NCBI GenBank assembly: GCA_021734405.1
Contig: JAIPJA010000002.1
Coordinates: forward strand, 1,145 to 65,144
Reading direction: 5' to 3'
Source of the DNA: Minisyncoccota bacterium
GTDB taxonomy: Bacteria > Patescibacteriota > Patescibacteriia > Patescibacteriales > UBA12465
DNA: 64,000 bases
This document shows, piece by piece, positions 28,280-37,880 of the stretch. Every line of letters starts with the position of its first letter. Within the stretch, counting starts at the first letter, position 1. Below the pieces are notes generated by a model. That model had not been told where the DNA came from and did no database searches. It was given only the letters and a program-made list of their open reading frames with translations. The position numbers were made by a program, and so were the translations under genes.

Positions 28280-30373
28280 ATGATTAAGAACTCCAAAAAA
28301 AATAGAAGATTTAAAAAAAGTAATAATCGCCTGTATTTAGTTGTTGCGGTTATTTTTTTATTATACTTAGCTTTGTTGACGAAGCTATATAAGGTGCAAA
28401 TATTAAATCATGATTATTATACTGCTTTAGCTTCTAGTCAGCATGAAATGCAAGCCACTTTGCAACCAGAAAGAGGTAGTATTTTTATTTCAGATAGTAA
28501 TGGTAAAGAAGTTTTCCCTGTGGCTGCTAATAAAAATTTTGCTTCTGTTTTTTTTGTGCCTAAAGAAGCTATTAATTTAGATGTTTTAGCGGAGAAAGTG
28601 TATTTAGCTTTAAATCATAAGGAGGTGTTATCTTTAGTTGAGGAGAAATTTGCTAAAGAACAAGAGGAGGAATTACAACAAGAAATAAATTATATTAATT
28701 CTTTAGATCTAAGCGAAGAAGAAAGAAAGTCACGTTTAGAAAATGCTAAATATAGACTGTCTCATCCAAATCAAGAGAAAGCAGAGCTTTTGGAAATAGA
28801 AAAAAATTTAGAAATTGAAAAAGCCAAAGAAGAAATTTTAGAAAATTATTTAAAAAAACTTAGAAAAAGAAATGATCCTTATGAGCCTGTAAAAGATAAA
28901 GTGAGCGAAGAAGAAATTTTAATACTTTTTAGATATTTAGCTGCCACGTCTGACGAACCTTTACCGGAAGAGACTTTAAGGGTTAATAATTTTAAGATAT
29001 ATTTGCAATCAGATCAATATAATTTAGATGAGAATATAGAATTAAAAGAAGATGGTCAAATAATTTATCCAGGCATATCTTATCAATTAAAAACTTTTCG
29101 TTATTATCCTGAAAAAGAAATTGTGGCTCATTTAGTTGGTTTTGCTAGTAGCCAAGATGATTTGCCAGAGGGAAGATATGGTTTAGAAGAATTTTTTAAT
29201 GCTGAGCTTTCTGGACAAAGTGGTTATTTGCAAGCTAATCGTGGTTCGGGTAGGGTTATAAATGTAAATGATAGAAAATACAGTAAAGCTGTAAATGGAG
29301 CAGATATTTTTTTAACCATAGATCTTTCAGTTCAATTTATGATTTGTGATAAATTAAAACAAGGAATAGAAAAATACGATGCAGAAAGCGGCACAGTTAT
29401 AGTAGTAGAGCCTAAAACTGGAGCTATTTTAGCTATGTGTTCTTTGCCTAGTTTCGATCCTAATAGTTATGCTGAAGTAGAAGATTTGAAAGTTTTTAAT
29501 AATCCTGCTACTTTTTATCAATATGAACCAGGTTCTATTTTTAAAACTATAACTATGGCTATAGCTCTTGACCAAAATAAAATAGAGCCCCATACTTATT
29601 ATGAAGATAAAGGACAAATAATGATAAAGGGGTGGCCTAAACCTATAAAAAACTCAGATTTTTTTACTCATGGCCCTCATGGACAAGTTGACATGAATAC
29701 TGTTTTAGCTGAATCTTTAAACACTGGTGCTATTTTTGCCATGCAAAAGGTTGGTAAGGATAAGTTCTCTGAGTATGTAGAAAAATTTGGTTTTGGTCAA
29801 AAAAGTGGTATCGAATTAGGCTCAGAGGCTACTGGAAACATAAATAATCTTTTAGAAAATAATATTAAAGAAGTCGACGCCGCTACAGCCTCTTTTGGTC
29901 AAGGCATAGCTGTAACTCCCCTACAAATGATAATGTCTTATGCAGCTATAGCTAATGGAGGCACTTTAATGAAGCCATATTTAGTTAAAGAAATTAAATT
30001 TTCTGATGGTAACTCTGAAGTTGTGCAACCAAGAATTATTAGGCAAGTTATTTCCCAAAAGAGTGCTAGTTTAACTTCAGCTATGTTAGTTAATGTTTTA
30101 GAATCTGGCCATGCCATAAAGGCTAAAGTGCCTGGATATTATATAGGTGGAAAAACTGGGACTGCCCAAGTGGCTAATTCTGGCGGATATAGTGAAAATA
30201 ATTTTATTCATAGTTTTGTAGGTATTGCCCCAATTGATAATCCAGCTTTTGTAGTTCTAGTAAAACTAGATCATCCCCAGGCAGTAAAGTTTTCCGCTGA
30301 CTCAGCTGCACCAGTCTTTAGTGATATTGCTGACTTTTTATTAAAATATTATCAAATTCCTCAAGATAGATAG
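28280..30373 (+). CDS. ftsI: Class B penicillin-binding protein (FtsI/PBP2-type transpeptidase) with an enlarged N-terminal domain
   Basis: SxxK (GSIFK), SxN (ESLNTG) and KTG (GGKTGTAQ). An E/K-rich coiled-coil stretch of about 100 aa lies in the pedestal region. Confidence 0.85.
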   Translation: MIKNSKKNRRFKKSNNRLYLVVAVIFLLYLALLTKLYKVQILNHDYYTALASSQHEMQATLQPERGSIFISDSNGKEVFPVAANKNFASVFFVPKEAINLDVLAEKVYLALNHKEVLSLVEEKFAKEQEEELQQEINYINSLDLSEEERKSRLENAKYRLSHPNQEKAELLEIEKNLEIEKAKEEILENYLKKLRKRNDPYEPVKDKVSEEEILILFRYLAATSDEPLPEETLRVNNFKIYLQSDQYNLDENIELKEDGQIIYPGISYQLKTFRYYPEKEIVAHLVGFASSQDDLPEGRYGLEEFFNAELSGQSGYLQANRGSGRVINVNDRKYSKAVNGADIFLTIDLSVQFMICDKLKQGIEKYDAESGTVIVVEPKTGAILAMCSLPSFDPNSYAEVEDLKVFNNPATFYQYEPGSIFKTITMAIALDQNKIEPHTYYEDKGQIMIKGWPKPIKNSDFFTHGPHGQVDMNTVLAESLNTGAIFAMQKVGKDKFSEYVEKFGFGQKSGIELGSEATGNINNLLENNIKEVDAATASFGQGIAVTPLQMIMSYAAIANGGTLMKPYLVKEIKFSDGNSEVVQPRIIRQVISQKSASLTSAMLVNVLESGHAIKAKVPGYYIGGKTGTAQVANSGGYSENNFIHSFVGIAPIDNPAFVVLVKLDHPQAVKFSADSAAPVFSDIADFLLKYYQIPQDR

Positions 30374-30386
30374 GAAATAAAAATAT

Positions 30387-31688
30387 ATGAAAAAGATATT
30401 ACAAAAAACTTTAAGATTTTTCTCTAAATTAATTTTAAAAAAATATCAACCCAAAGTGGTAGGTATTACTGGGTCAGTTGGAAAAACTAGCACTAAAGAG
30501 GCTGTTTTTCAGGTTTTATCTGGCCCTTTCAAATGTAGATCTACTTATAAAAATTTTAATAATGAGATTGGTTTGCCTCTCACTATTATAGGTATTTCTG
30601 AATCACCAGGAAGAAATTTTTGGGGGTGGTTTTTGGTTTTTCTAAAAGCTTGTAAACTTATTTTAATAAAAGATAATAATTATCCTAATATTTTGATTCT
30701 GGAAATGGGCGTAGATAGACCTAATGATATGGATTATTTACTTAGTATAGTTAAGGTTGATATTGCTATTGTTAGTTCTGTTAGTCATTCTCATTTAGAG
30801 TTTTTTAAAAAAGTAGAAGCTATAGCTAAAGAAAAGGGAAAATTAGTAAAAAGTTTAAGTAAAAGTGGAAGTGCAATTTTAAATTTTGACAATCCTTTAA
30901 GTCGTCAGTTCAAATCTTTAAGTCAAGCTAAAGTATTTTTCTATGGACTGCAAATCGGGGCTGATTTAAAAGCAGTAGATTTAAATTATAATTTCTCTAA
31001 TTTTGCTTCACAAGAGCCTAGTTTAGAAAAAATCAGTGGCCTTAATTTGAAATTAGAATGGCAAGGATCTTTAGTTCCCTTATCTCTTAAAAAAGCCTCA
31101 AATTTAAATGCTGTTTATGCTGGTATGGCGGCTATTTTAACAGGTTTAAGATTAGGTCTGAATTTAATGGAAATTTTATCTAGTTTGTCTGATTTTTCCA
31201 TGCCCCCTGGAAGACTTAATATAATTAGTGGCATTAAACATACTTATATTATTGATGATACCTATAACGCCTCACCAGAGTCTACTTTGGCTGCTCTTGA
31301 TTTTTTATCTAAAATGAAATTTTCTAATTCTCGGAAAATTTTAGTTATGGGCGAGATGTTAGAATTAGGATCTTATACAGAGAAAGGACATCAATTAGTA
31401 GGGGAAGAAGCTTCAAAAGTAGTGGATGTTTTAATTGCTGTGGGTGAAAAAGCTAGAGGGATAATAAGGGGAGCCATAGAAGCTGGTTTTGATAAAGACA
31501 AATGTTTTTATTTTAATGACTCTGATAGCGCTGGACGTTTTTTGCAAGAACTGGTAGAGTTAAATGATATTGTTTTAGTAAAAGGCTCTCAAGGCTCTAG
31601 AATGGAAAAAGTAGTTAAAGAGATTATGGCTAACCCTTTAGAGGCTGAAAGTAAATTAGTTAGACAGAATCAATCTTGGTTGCACTAA
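30387..31688 (+). CDS. murF: UDP-N-acetylmuramoyl-tripeptide--D-alanyl-D-alanine ligase
   Basis: P-loop GITGSVGKTSTKE and Mur ligase central/C-terminal domain pattern. Confidence 0.85.
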   Translation: MKKILQKTLRFFSKLILKKYQPKVVGITGSVGKTSTKEAVFQVLSGPFKCRSTYKNFNNEIGLPLTIIGISESPGRNFWGWFLVFLKACKLILIKDNNYPNILILEMGVDRPNDMDYLLSIVKVDIAIVSSVSHSHLEFFKKVEAIAKEKGKLVKSLSKSGSAILNFDNPLSRQFKSLSQAKVFFYGLQIGADLKAVDLNYNFSNFASQEPSLEKISGLNLKLEWQGSLVPLSLKKASNLNAVYAGMAAILTGLRLGLNLMEILSSLSDFSMPPGRLNIISGIKHTYIIDDTYNASPESTLAALDFLSKMKFSNSRKILVMGEMLELGSYTEKGHQLVGEEASKVVDVLIAVGEKARGIIRGAIEAGFDKDKCFYFNDSDSAGRFLQELVELNDIVLVKGSQGSRMEKVVKEIMANPLEAESKLVRQNQSWLH

Positions 31689-31696
31689 ATATTTGT

Positions 31697-32566
31697 ATGA
31701 AAGTTTTAATTTTAGGTTCAAATGGAAATCTGGGTACCCAACTTTTACAGGTTTTCAATGATAGAAATCAAGTATTAGGTTTAGATTCTTATAATACTGA
31801 TTTTTTTGACTTAAAAAAATTGAAAAATAAGATTAATTCTTATTTGCCAGATGTAGTTATTAATGCGGTTGCTTATAATAATGTTGATAAATGTGAAACT
31901 GATGCTGAGGTTAAAGTTTTAGCTGAGCATTTAAATATACTTTTACCCAAGTTTTTAGCTGAGCTTTGTTTGGAAAATAATTATTTACTTATAAGCTATT
32001 CATCTGATTATGTTTTTGGCCAAGAAAATAGAGATTTTCCTTATTCAGAGTGGGATATACCTAATCCAGTTAATTATTATGGTCTAACAAAAGCGAAAGG
32101 AGAAGAGCATGTTATTAAATTAGGACTTTTAGGATTAAAACATTATTTAATTAGGACCTCTAAACTTTTTGGACCTCAAGGTAAAAGTTCTTTTACTAAA
32201 AAGAGCTTTTTTGATATTATGATAGAAGTTTCTAAAAAACAAGCAGAAATAAAAGTGGTAGATGAAGAAATTAGTTCCTTTACTTATACGCCTGATTTAG
32301 CTAAATATACAAATTATTTAATTTCTCAGAATTATCCTTTTGGTATTTATCATTTAATAAATAAAGGGCAGGCTACTTGGGCTCAGGCAGCACAAGCTCT
32401 ATTTAAGGTTTTAAAAATAGGAATTACTATCATACCTGTTAGTGGGCAAGAGTTTCCGCGACCAGCACCTAGACCTAAATATTCTTTATTGGAAAACACT
32501 AAAATGAAACCTTTGCCTTATTGGAAACAGTCTTTGGAAAATTACTTAAAAAAATATTATTTATAA
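31697..32566 (+). CDS. rfbD: dTDP-4-dehydrorhamnose reductase
   Basis: Starts MKVLILGSNGNLG (the ORF track's earlier start at 31676 overlaps the murF end). YGLTKAKGE catalytic YxxxK. Confidence 0.8.
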   Translation: MKVLILGSNGNLGTQLLQVFNDRNQVLGLDSYNTDFFDLKKLKNKINSYLPDVVINAVAYNNVDKCETDAEVKVLAEHLNILLPKFLAELCLENNYLLISYSSDYVFGQENRDFPYSEWDIPNPVNYYGLTKAKGEEHVIKLGLLGLKHYLIRTSKLFGPQGKSSFTKKSFFDIMIEVSKKQAEIKVVDEEISSFTYTPDLAKYTNYLISQNYPFGIYHLINKGQATWAQAAQALFKVLKIGITIIPVSGQEFPRPAPRPKYSLLENTKMKPLPYWKQSLENYLKKYYL

Positions 32567-32568
32567 CT

Positions 32569-33294
32569 ATGAGAGGAATTATTCTATCAGGAGGTTCAGG
32601 CTCTAGGCTTTCACCTCTGACAAAAATTACAAGTAAGCAATTGTTGCCGATATATAATAAACCCATGATTTATTATCCTTTACATACCTTAATTCAAGCA
32701 GGTATTAAAGAGATTTTAATAATTGTAGCTCCAGAAAGAGCAGGTGATTATTTAAATCTTTTAGGCTCAGGTAAGGATTTTGGGGTTAAATTTACTTATG
32801 AAATTCAAGATGAACCTAAGGGTTTGGCTGAGGCTTTTTTAATTGGAGAAAACTTCATAGATGATGAAGACGTGGCCATGATTTTAGGGGATAACATCTT
32901 TGAGGATAACTTTTCTAAGGAAATTAATAGTTTTAAAGGCGGGGGTAAAGTGTTTGTTAAAAAGGTACCTGACCCTGAACGTTTTGGTGTGGTTAAGTTT
33001 AATAAAGAAGAAAAAATTGAGACTATAGTGGAGAAACCAAAAAACTGGATAAGTGATTTTGCTGTTACTGGTCTTTATGTTTATGATAGCCGGGTAGTGG
33101 AAATTGCTAAAAGCATTAAACCTAGTAAAAGGGGAGAGTTAGAAATAACCGATATTAATAATTGGTACTTGCAAAAAAGTGAGTTAGAAGCAGCGAAGGT
33201 AGAAGGGCTTTGGCTTGATGCAGGTACTTTTGACAGTCTATTAGCTGCTCAAAATGTGGCTAAAGAGAAATTAGCAGATAAAATGAGTTTTTAA
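32569..33294 (+). CDS. rfbA: Glucose-1-phosphate thymidylyltransferase-like sugar nucleotidyltransferase (short form)
   Basis: Starts MRGIILSGGSGSRLSPLT (the track start at 32521 is an upstream extension). Contains the LGDNIF motif. Confidence 0.8.
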   Translation: MRGIILSGGSGSRLSPLTKITSKQLLPIYNKPMIYYPLHTLIQAGIKEILIIVAPERAGDYLNLLGSGKDFGVKFTYEIQDEPKGLAEAFLIGENFIDDEDVAMILGDNIFEDNFSKEINSFKGGGKVFVKKVPDPERFGVVKFNKEEKIETIVEKPKNWISDFAVTGLYVYDSRVVEIAKSIKPSKRGELEITDINNWYLQKSELEAAKVEGLWLDAGTFDSLLAAQNVAKEKLADKMSF

Positions 33295-33295
33295 T

Positions 33296-34246
33296 ATGAG
33301 TATTACTGCTGGGTTTATAACTTACAATAAAGACAGTTTAAAATATCTGCCTTATTTTCTGCCTAGTTTAAAAAAAGCTTTAGAGTTTGATGCGCAAGCT
33401 AGAATTTTAATGGTTGATAATAGCGAGAATTTTAGCTACAACTTGGATTATGTGCAAAAAAATTATCCCAGCATTGAAATTATATCCAGTGGATCTAATT
33501 TAGGTTTTGCCAAAGCTTATAACTTAATGATTAAATCAGCCTCTAATTCTTTGGCTGATTATTTTTTTATTATAAACCCAGATACTTTAATTACATCTCA
33601 AGCAATTTCTTTATTAAAACAAGCTTTAGAAGCAGATCCTTCTTTAGCCGCTGTCAGTCCTAAGATTTTTAACTGGCCTTTCCCTAAGGTAAGTTTTGGT
33701 CCTAAAATAGATAGTTTAGGTATTATTGAAAAAAAAGGACTAAGATTTATAGACAAAGCTCAAGGTGAGTTTAATAGAGAGAGTTTTAGTAAAGAAATTT
33801 TAGCGCCTTCAGGAGCGGCTGGTCTTTTTCGCTTAGAGAGTTTGAAGGCAGTAAAGAGTAGTTATGGTTACTTTGATGAACGCTTTTTTCTCTACAAAGA
33901 AGATGTTGATTTAGCCTATAGAATGAAACTAAAAGGTCAAAAAACTATGACAGTCTTAGAAGCACAAATAGCCCATGACAGAAGTTTAAGCTCTAAAAGC
34001 AGTAAGTTTCTCTTCAGTTTTAAAGGTAGGGACAAACAAAGTCGTTTTGGTCGTAGCCAGTCTTTTATAAATCAGCACTTACTTTATTGTAAATATTTTC
34101 ATCTACAAAGTTTTAGTTCTAAACTGATTATAGTCTTTAGAATTATAGCTATGTTTATTTTTGCTTTAGTTAAGGAGAGGTTTTTGTTGAAAAATTATGC
34201 TAAAATTATTACAATAAAGAAGGAGATTAAAAAAGCAGGAATTTAA
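33296..34246 (+). CDS. Family 2 glycosyltransferase (rhamnosyltransferase-like)
   Basis: N-terminal GT-A fold pattern (VDNSEN, NLGFAKAYN, NPDT). Confidence 0.75.
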   Translation: MSITAGFITYNKDSLKYLPYFLPSLKKALEFDAQARILMVDNSENFSYNLDYVQKNYPSIEIISSGSNLGFAKAYNLMIKSASNSLADYFFIINPDTLITSQAISLLKQALEADPSLAAVSPKIFNWPFPKVSFGPKIDSLGIIEKKGLRFIDKAQGEFNRESFSKEILAPSGAAGLFRLESLKAVKSSYGYFDERFFLYKEDVDLAYRMKLKGQKTMTVLEAQIAHDRSLSSKSSKFLFSFKGRDKQSRFGRSQSFINQHLLYCKYFHLQSFSSKLIIVFRIIAMFIFALVKERFLLKNYAKIITIKKEIKKAGI

Positions 34247-34269
34247 GCCTGATTTTAGTTTATAAAAAT

Positions 34270-36528
34270 ATGAATTATAAGTATTATTTGCGTATTTTAC
34301 AGGTAGGAAGTTGCTTGGCTGTGTTAAGTTTATTATTGTTTTTTTCTAACATCTTTTTTCCTTTTATTGGTTCAAAGCAGTTAACTTTTAACATTATTGT
34401 GGAAATTTTAAGTGCTGTTTCTTTAGTTTTTTTAATTAAATATCCTCAGTTTAGACCAAAATTTAATTTAATAAGTTATTTTTTGTTAGCTTATTTAGGA
34501 GCAATTTTAGTTTCTACTTTTTTTAGTTCAGATTTTCTAATTAGCTTCTTTAGTAATGCTGAGAGAATGTTTAGTTTTTGGCAGATTTTACATTTAGTTT
34601 TATTTTACTTTATTTTACAGATCTCTTTTAGAAGCTGGCAGGAGTGGCGGTGGTTGTTTTTAAGCTCTTTGGCTGTGGCTTTTATTATGAGTGTTTATAG
34701 TTTTTACAATCTTAAGCCGGGATCTTTATTAGGTAATGAGGCTTATTTTGCCGCTTTTTTAATTTTCAACCTTTATTTTGCTTTAATTTTTATAGTTAAA
34801 GATTATAAACCTTATAAATGGGTTTATTTAGCTTTTTGGGCTTTTTTCATTCCTGCTTTTGTCGCTGCTGATATTACTGGGGCATTTATAGGTTTAGGGG
34901 CTAGTTTATTTATAGGCCTTATTTTAGTAGCTGTTTTTTATAAAAACAAGCTGTTGAAGTTAAGCTCAATTATTTTGTCAGTTTTAATTGTAGCCATTAT
35001 TGCCTTATCTTTTAGTTTTCCCCAAGCTTCTTTTGTGAAGAACAATAAGGTTTTAAGGCAAATTTCTTGGCAAAAAAACACTTTTCAAACCAGACTTTTA
35101 TCTTGGCAAGCAGCTTGGCAAGGTTTTTCAGATAACCCCGTAGTTGGGGTTGGTTTTGGTAATTTCACCCCCACCTTTGATAAATATTTTGAGGCTGAGT
35201 TTTATAACCATGCACCTAATGAAACTCGCTTTGATAGAGTGCATAATAATCTGCTAGAAGTTTTAGTTACTACTGGGCTTTTGGGAATTATTCCTTATTT
35301 AGCTATTTTTGTTCTTATCTTTATCTATTGGCTGAAGTTATTTATTTATTATAAGAAAAATTATCCTGGTTTTCTACGTTCTTCTTTATCTTTAGTTTTG
35401 TTAGTTATATTATCTGCTTTCGGTGCTTACTTTATCCAAAACTTAAGTATTTTTGACACCTTATCGGTGTTTATGGCTTTTATGATTTTATTAGCTTATT
35501 TTAACCATATAAAAGCTAATAAAGAGCAGTTTTTACCTCAGGAAAAAAATTATAAATATAAAGAGCTGGAAGCAGAAGCTAAAAGAAAACAAGTTGACTG
35601 GTTGCTTATTCCTTTGCTACTGATATTTTTAGCTATAGCTTATTGGTTTAATGTTAGACCTATGCAGTCTTTTGTTATGGGCATTTCAGGTTATAAACAA
35701 ATTTTAGCTGGACAAATTGTGCCTGGTCTAGAGACTTACAAGCAAGGTTTAAAAATAAAACATCCTTTTCAAAGAGACATGTATTATGCTGTTACTTTCT
35801 TAGCCGCTCAAGACACTCAGGGGTTATTTAATGGTTTAAGCCAAGAGGAAAAAATAAATTCTTTAGAGACTTTATTAAACTTTAATGCTGAACTTTTAGA
35901 AATATCTCCTGAAAACAATGCCTACTTCTTAAATCGAGCTTATTTATATAATAAATTAGCTTCTGTCTATAGTGAGGACAATGATAATTACCAAAAATAC
36001 ATGAGGTTAGCTCTAGAGAATGTAGACAAGGCTATTTTAACTAGTCCTAATAGAGTTGATACTTATTGGCTTAAAGGACAGTTGCTTATAAACTTAGGAG
36101 AAAAAGAGCAAGGTTTAGAAAATTTTCTTCAGGCTATTAGTTTAAATCCTGACTATAGCAAATCATATTGTCAAGCTAACCAAGCCTATTTAGTGGTTGA
36201 TAAAAAAGAAGAGGCCTGGCCATTTATGGATAAATGCTTAGAAAAAGGCGGCGTTTCTTATTTAAACAATAGCCCCATTTTAGCTTTAGCTGTTAATCAT
36301 TATATTGAGCAAGAAAATCATGAAAAAACCGCTCAAGTCTATGAGCGTTATGCTAAAATTAACCCCAGTCAAGAAAATTGGATGAATTTAGCTAAACTTC
36401 AAGCTACTTTAAGTAATTGGGAAAAAGCTGAAAAATATGCTTTAAAAGCTTTAGAGTTAACCCCGGAGTCAGATAAAGAATCAGTTGAGTTATTTTTAAA
36501 GATTGTTAGAAGTAAGCAAGTTCAGTAA
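34270..36528 (+). CDS. O-antigen ligase/polymerase-like polytopic membrane protein with a C-terminal TPR domain
   Basis: About 12 TM helices with a Wzy_C-like loop (NPVVGVGFGNF...HNNLLEVL), then TPR-like repeats across the last ~300 aa. Confidence 0.7.
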   Translation: MNYKYYLRILQVGSCLAVLSLLLFFSNIFFPFIGSKQLTFNIIVEILSAVSLVFLIKYPQFRPKFNLISYFLLAYLGAILVSTFFSSDFLISFFSNAERMFSFWQILHLVLFYFILQISFRSWQEWRWLFLSSLAVAFIMSVYSFYNLKPGSLLGNEAYFAAFLIFNLYFALIFIVKDYKPYKWVYLAFWAFFIPAFVAADITGAFIGLGASLFIGLILVAVFYKNKLLKLSSIILSVLIVAIIALSFSFPQASFVKNNKVLRQISWQKNTFQTRLLSWQAAWQGFSDNPVVGVGFGNFTPTFDKYFEAEFYNHAPNETRFDRVHNNLLEVLVTTGLLGIIPYLAIFVLIFIYWLKLFIYYKKNYPGFLRSSLSLVLLVILSAFGAYFIQNLSIFDTLSVFMAFMILLAYFNHIKANKEQFLPQEKNYKYKELEAEAKRKQVDWLLIPLLLIFLAIAYWFNVRPMQSFVMGISGYKQILAGQIVPGLETYKQGLKIKHPFQRDMYYAVTFLAAQDTQGLFNGLSQEEKINSLETLLNFNAELLEISPENNAYFLNRAYLYNKLASVYSEDNDNYQKYMRLALENVDKAILTSPNRVDTYWLKGQLLINLGEKEQGLENFLQAISLNPDYSKSYCQANQAYLVVDKKEEAWPFMDKCLEKGGVSYLNNSPILALAVNHYIEQENHEKTAQVYERYAKINPSQENWMNLAKLQATLSNWEKAEKYALKALELTPESDKESVELFLKIVRSKQVQ

Positions 36529-36550
36529 GGCTTTTATTTTTTATTTTCTT

Positions 36551-36559
36551 TGCTATAAT
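36551..36559 (+). promoter_or_regulatory. Extended -10 element TGCTATAAT
   Basis: Exact TGCTATAAT upstream of the gene starting at 36632. Confidence 0.45.
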
Positions 36560-36631
36560 AAACAAATAGTTAAAGGTATTTAATAATTAACAAATAATAG
36601 TAAATAATTAATAAAATTAATCAATAATCTT

Positions 36632-36913
36632 ATGAGTTTAGAATCACAAAAATTTACACCAGAAACCGGAAATGAAGAAATTAAGAAGATTGAGGCATAT
36701 ATGTCTGATGTAGAAAATTATATTATTAGTCTTGGTTTTACGATAGAAGCTAATAAAGACCAAATTAAGGAAGCATTAGAAATTTTAATTAGTCAGCACG
36801 AAGATCCTGAGCAAGCCACTGCTATTTTAAAGCAATTAATTTCTTTTCTTGAACCTGGTGATAGTTTAGCAGGTAGTGTTAATATGATGAAAGAAGATCC
36901 TGCTGATTTTTAA
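36632..36913 (+). CDS. Small acidic hypothetical protein
   Basis: 93-aa ORF with no motif recognised. Confidence 0.45.
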   Translation: MSLESQKFTPETGNEEIKKIEAYMSDVENYIISLGFTIEANKDQIKEALEILISQHEDPEQATAILKQLISFLEPGDSLAGSVNMMKEDPADF

Positions 36914-36928
36914 TAATTTTTTGTTTTT

Positions 36929-37831
36929 ATGTCTATAAAAAGCAAACATCATCCAGCAAAATTTACTTTTCTATACCTTCTATCTTTAGCTTCACTAGTT
37001 ATGGTGGCTTTGGGGGTAGGTATGATTGTATTTGAGTTTATCAACAAATATGTGCCGGACTTTTTAAGTTATTCTTATCAGGGTAATTTTTCTGATGCTC
37101 AAGTTAAATTTGCTTTTTCAGCTCTGTTAATTTCTGCCCCCATATACTTTGTTTGTTCTTATTTTCTGGAAAAGAATTTAAAGAAGGGAAATTTAAGTTT
37201 ATCAGCTTCACTTAGAAAATGGTTACTATATCTAATTATATTTACAGCTTCAGTGGTTATTATGGGCTGGTTAATAGGGCTATTAAATAATTTTTTAGAT
37301 GGTGAGTTAAGTCTTAGATTTGCTTTAAAGGCTTTGACTGCTATTGTTATTTCAGCTTTAGTTCTAAGTTTCTATATTTTTGAAATTAAAAGAACGCAAA
37401 CCCAAATAACCCCTTTAAGCTTTAAGATTTATGGAATTATATTTATAGCAGTAACTTTAACAGCTTTAGTTTTAAGCCTACTTATCATGGAGTCACCTCA
37501 GAAAGCACGTCAAAACAAGTTAGATAATTTAATTTTAAATAATTTCAATCAGATATCTATAGCTGTAGATAGTTATTACAGCGAAAAAGGAGAGTTACCA
37601 GACAGCTTAGAAGCGCTTGATCAGAAGTTTTTAGGTCCTAAGCAATTACTGGACCCACAAACTCAGGAACCTTTTGGTTATAGGGTTATAGATAAAGATA
37701 GTTATGAGCTGTGTGCTAACTTTAGAACTAATACTGAAAATGATGCTGATAGTTTAAGATTTAACTATAGAGATGAACATAAGGCTGGCTGGCAGTGTTT
37801 AGAAAGAGAAGTAGTGCCCATGAAACCTTAA
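36929..37831 (+). CDS. Four-TM membrane protein (DUF5671-like) with a pilin/pseudopilin-like C-terminal domain
   Basis: TM pattern plus a C-terminal block ...IAVDSYYSEKGELPDSLEAL...DPQTQEPFGYRV...YELCANF resembling type IV pilin-like globular domains. Confidence 0.5.
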   Translation: MSIKSKHHPAKFTFLYLLSLASLVMVALGVGMIVFEFINKYVPDFLSYSYQGNFSDAQVKFAFSALLISAPIYFVCSYFLEKNLKKGNLSLSASLRKWLLYLIIFTASVVIMGWLIGLLNNFLDGELSLRFALKALTAIVISALVLSFYIFEIKRTQTQITPLSFKIYGIIFIAVTLTALVLSLLIMESPQKARQNKLDNLILNNFNQISIAVDSYYSEKGELPDSLEALDQKFLGPKQLLDPQTQEPFGYRVIDKDSYELCANFRTNTENDADSLRFNYRDEHKAGWQCLEREVVPMKP

Positions 37832-37880
37832 AAAATTAAAAAAAGCTGAATTTTTTCAGCTTTTTTTTATTTCTATATTT

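Noticed and set aside
31676-32571. Track start codons giving N-terminal extensions for rfbD (31676) and rfbA (32521); likewise 55263 for the DUF3048 gene.
   Set aside because: The extensions overlap the preceding gene's 3' end and add non-homologous residues. Internal ATGs at 31697, 32569 and 55383 give canonical family N-termini (MKVLILGSNG, MRGIILSGGSGSRL and a signal-anchor MKIKTDK...).
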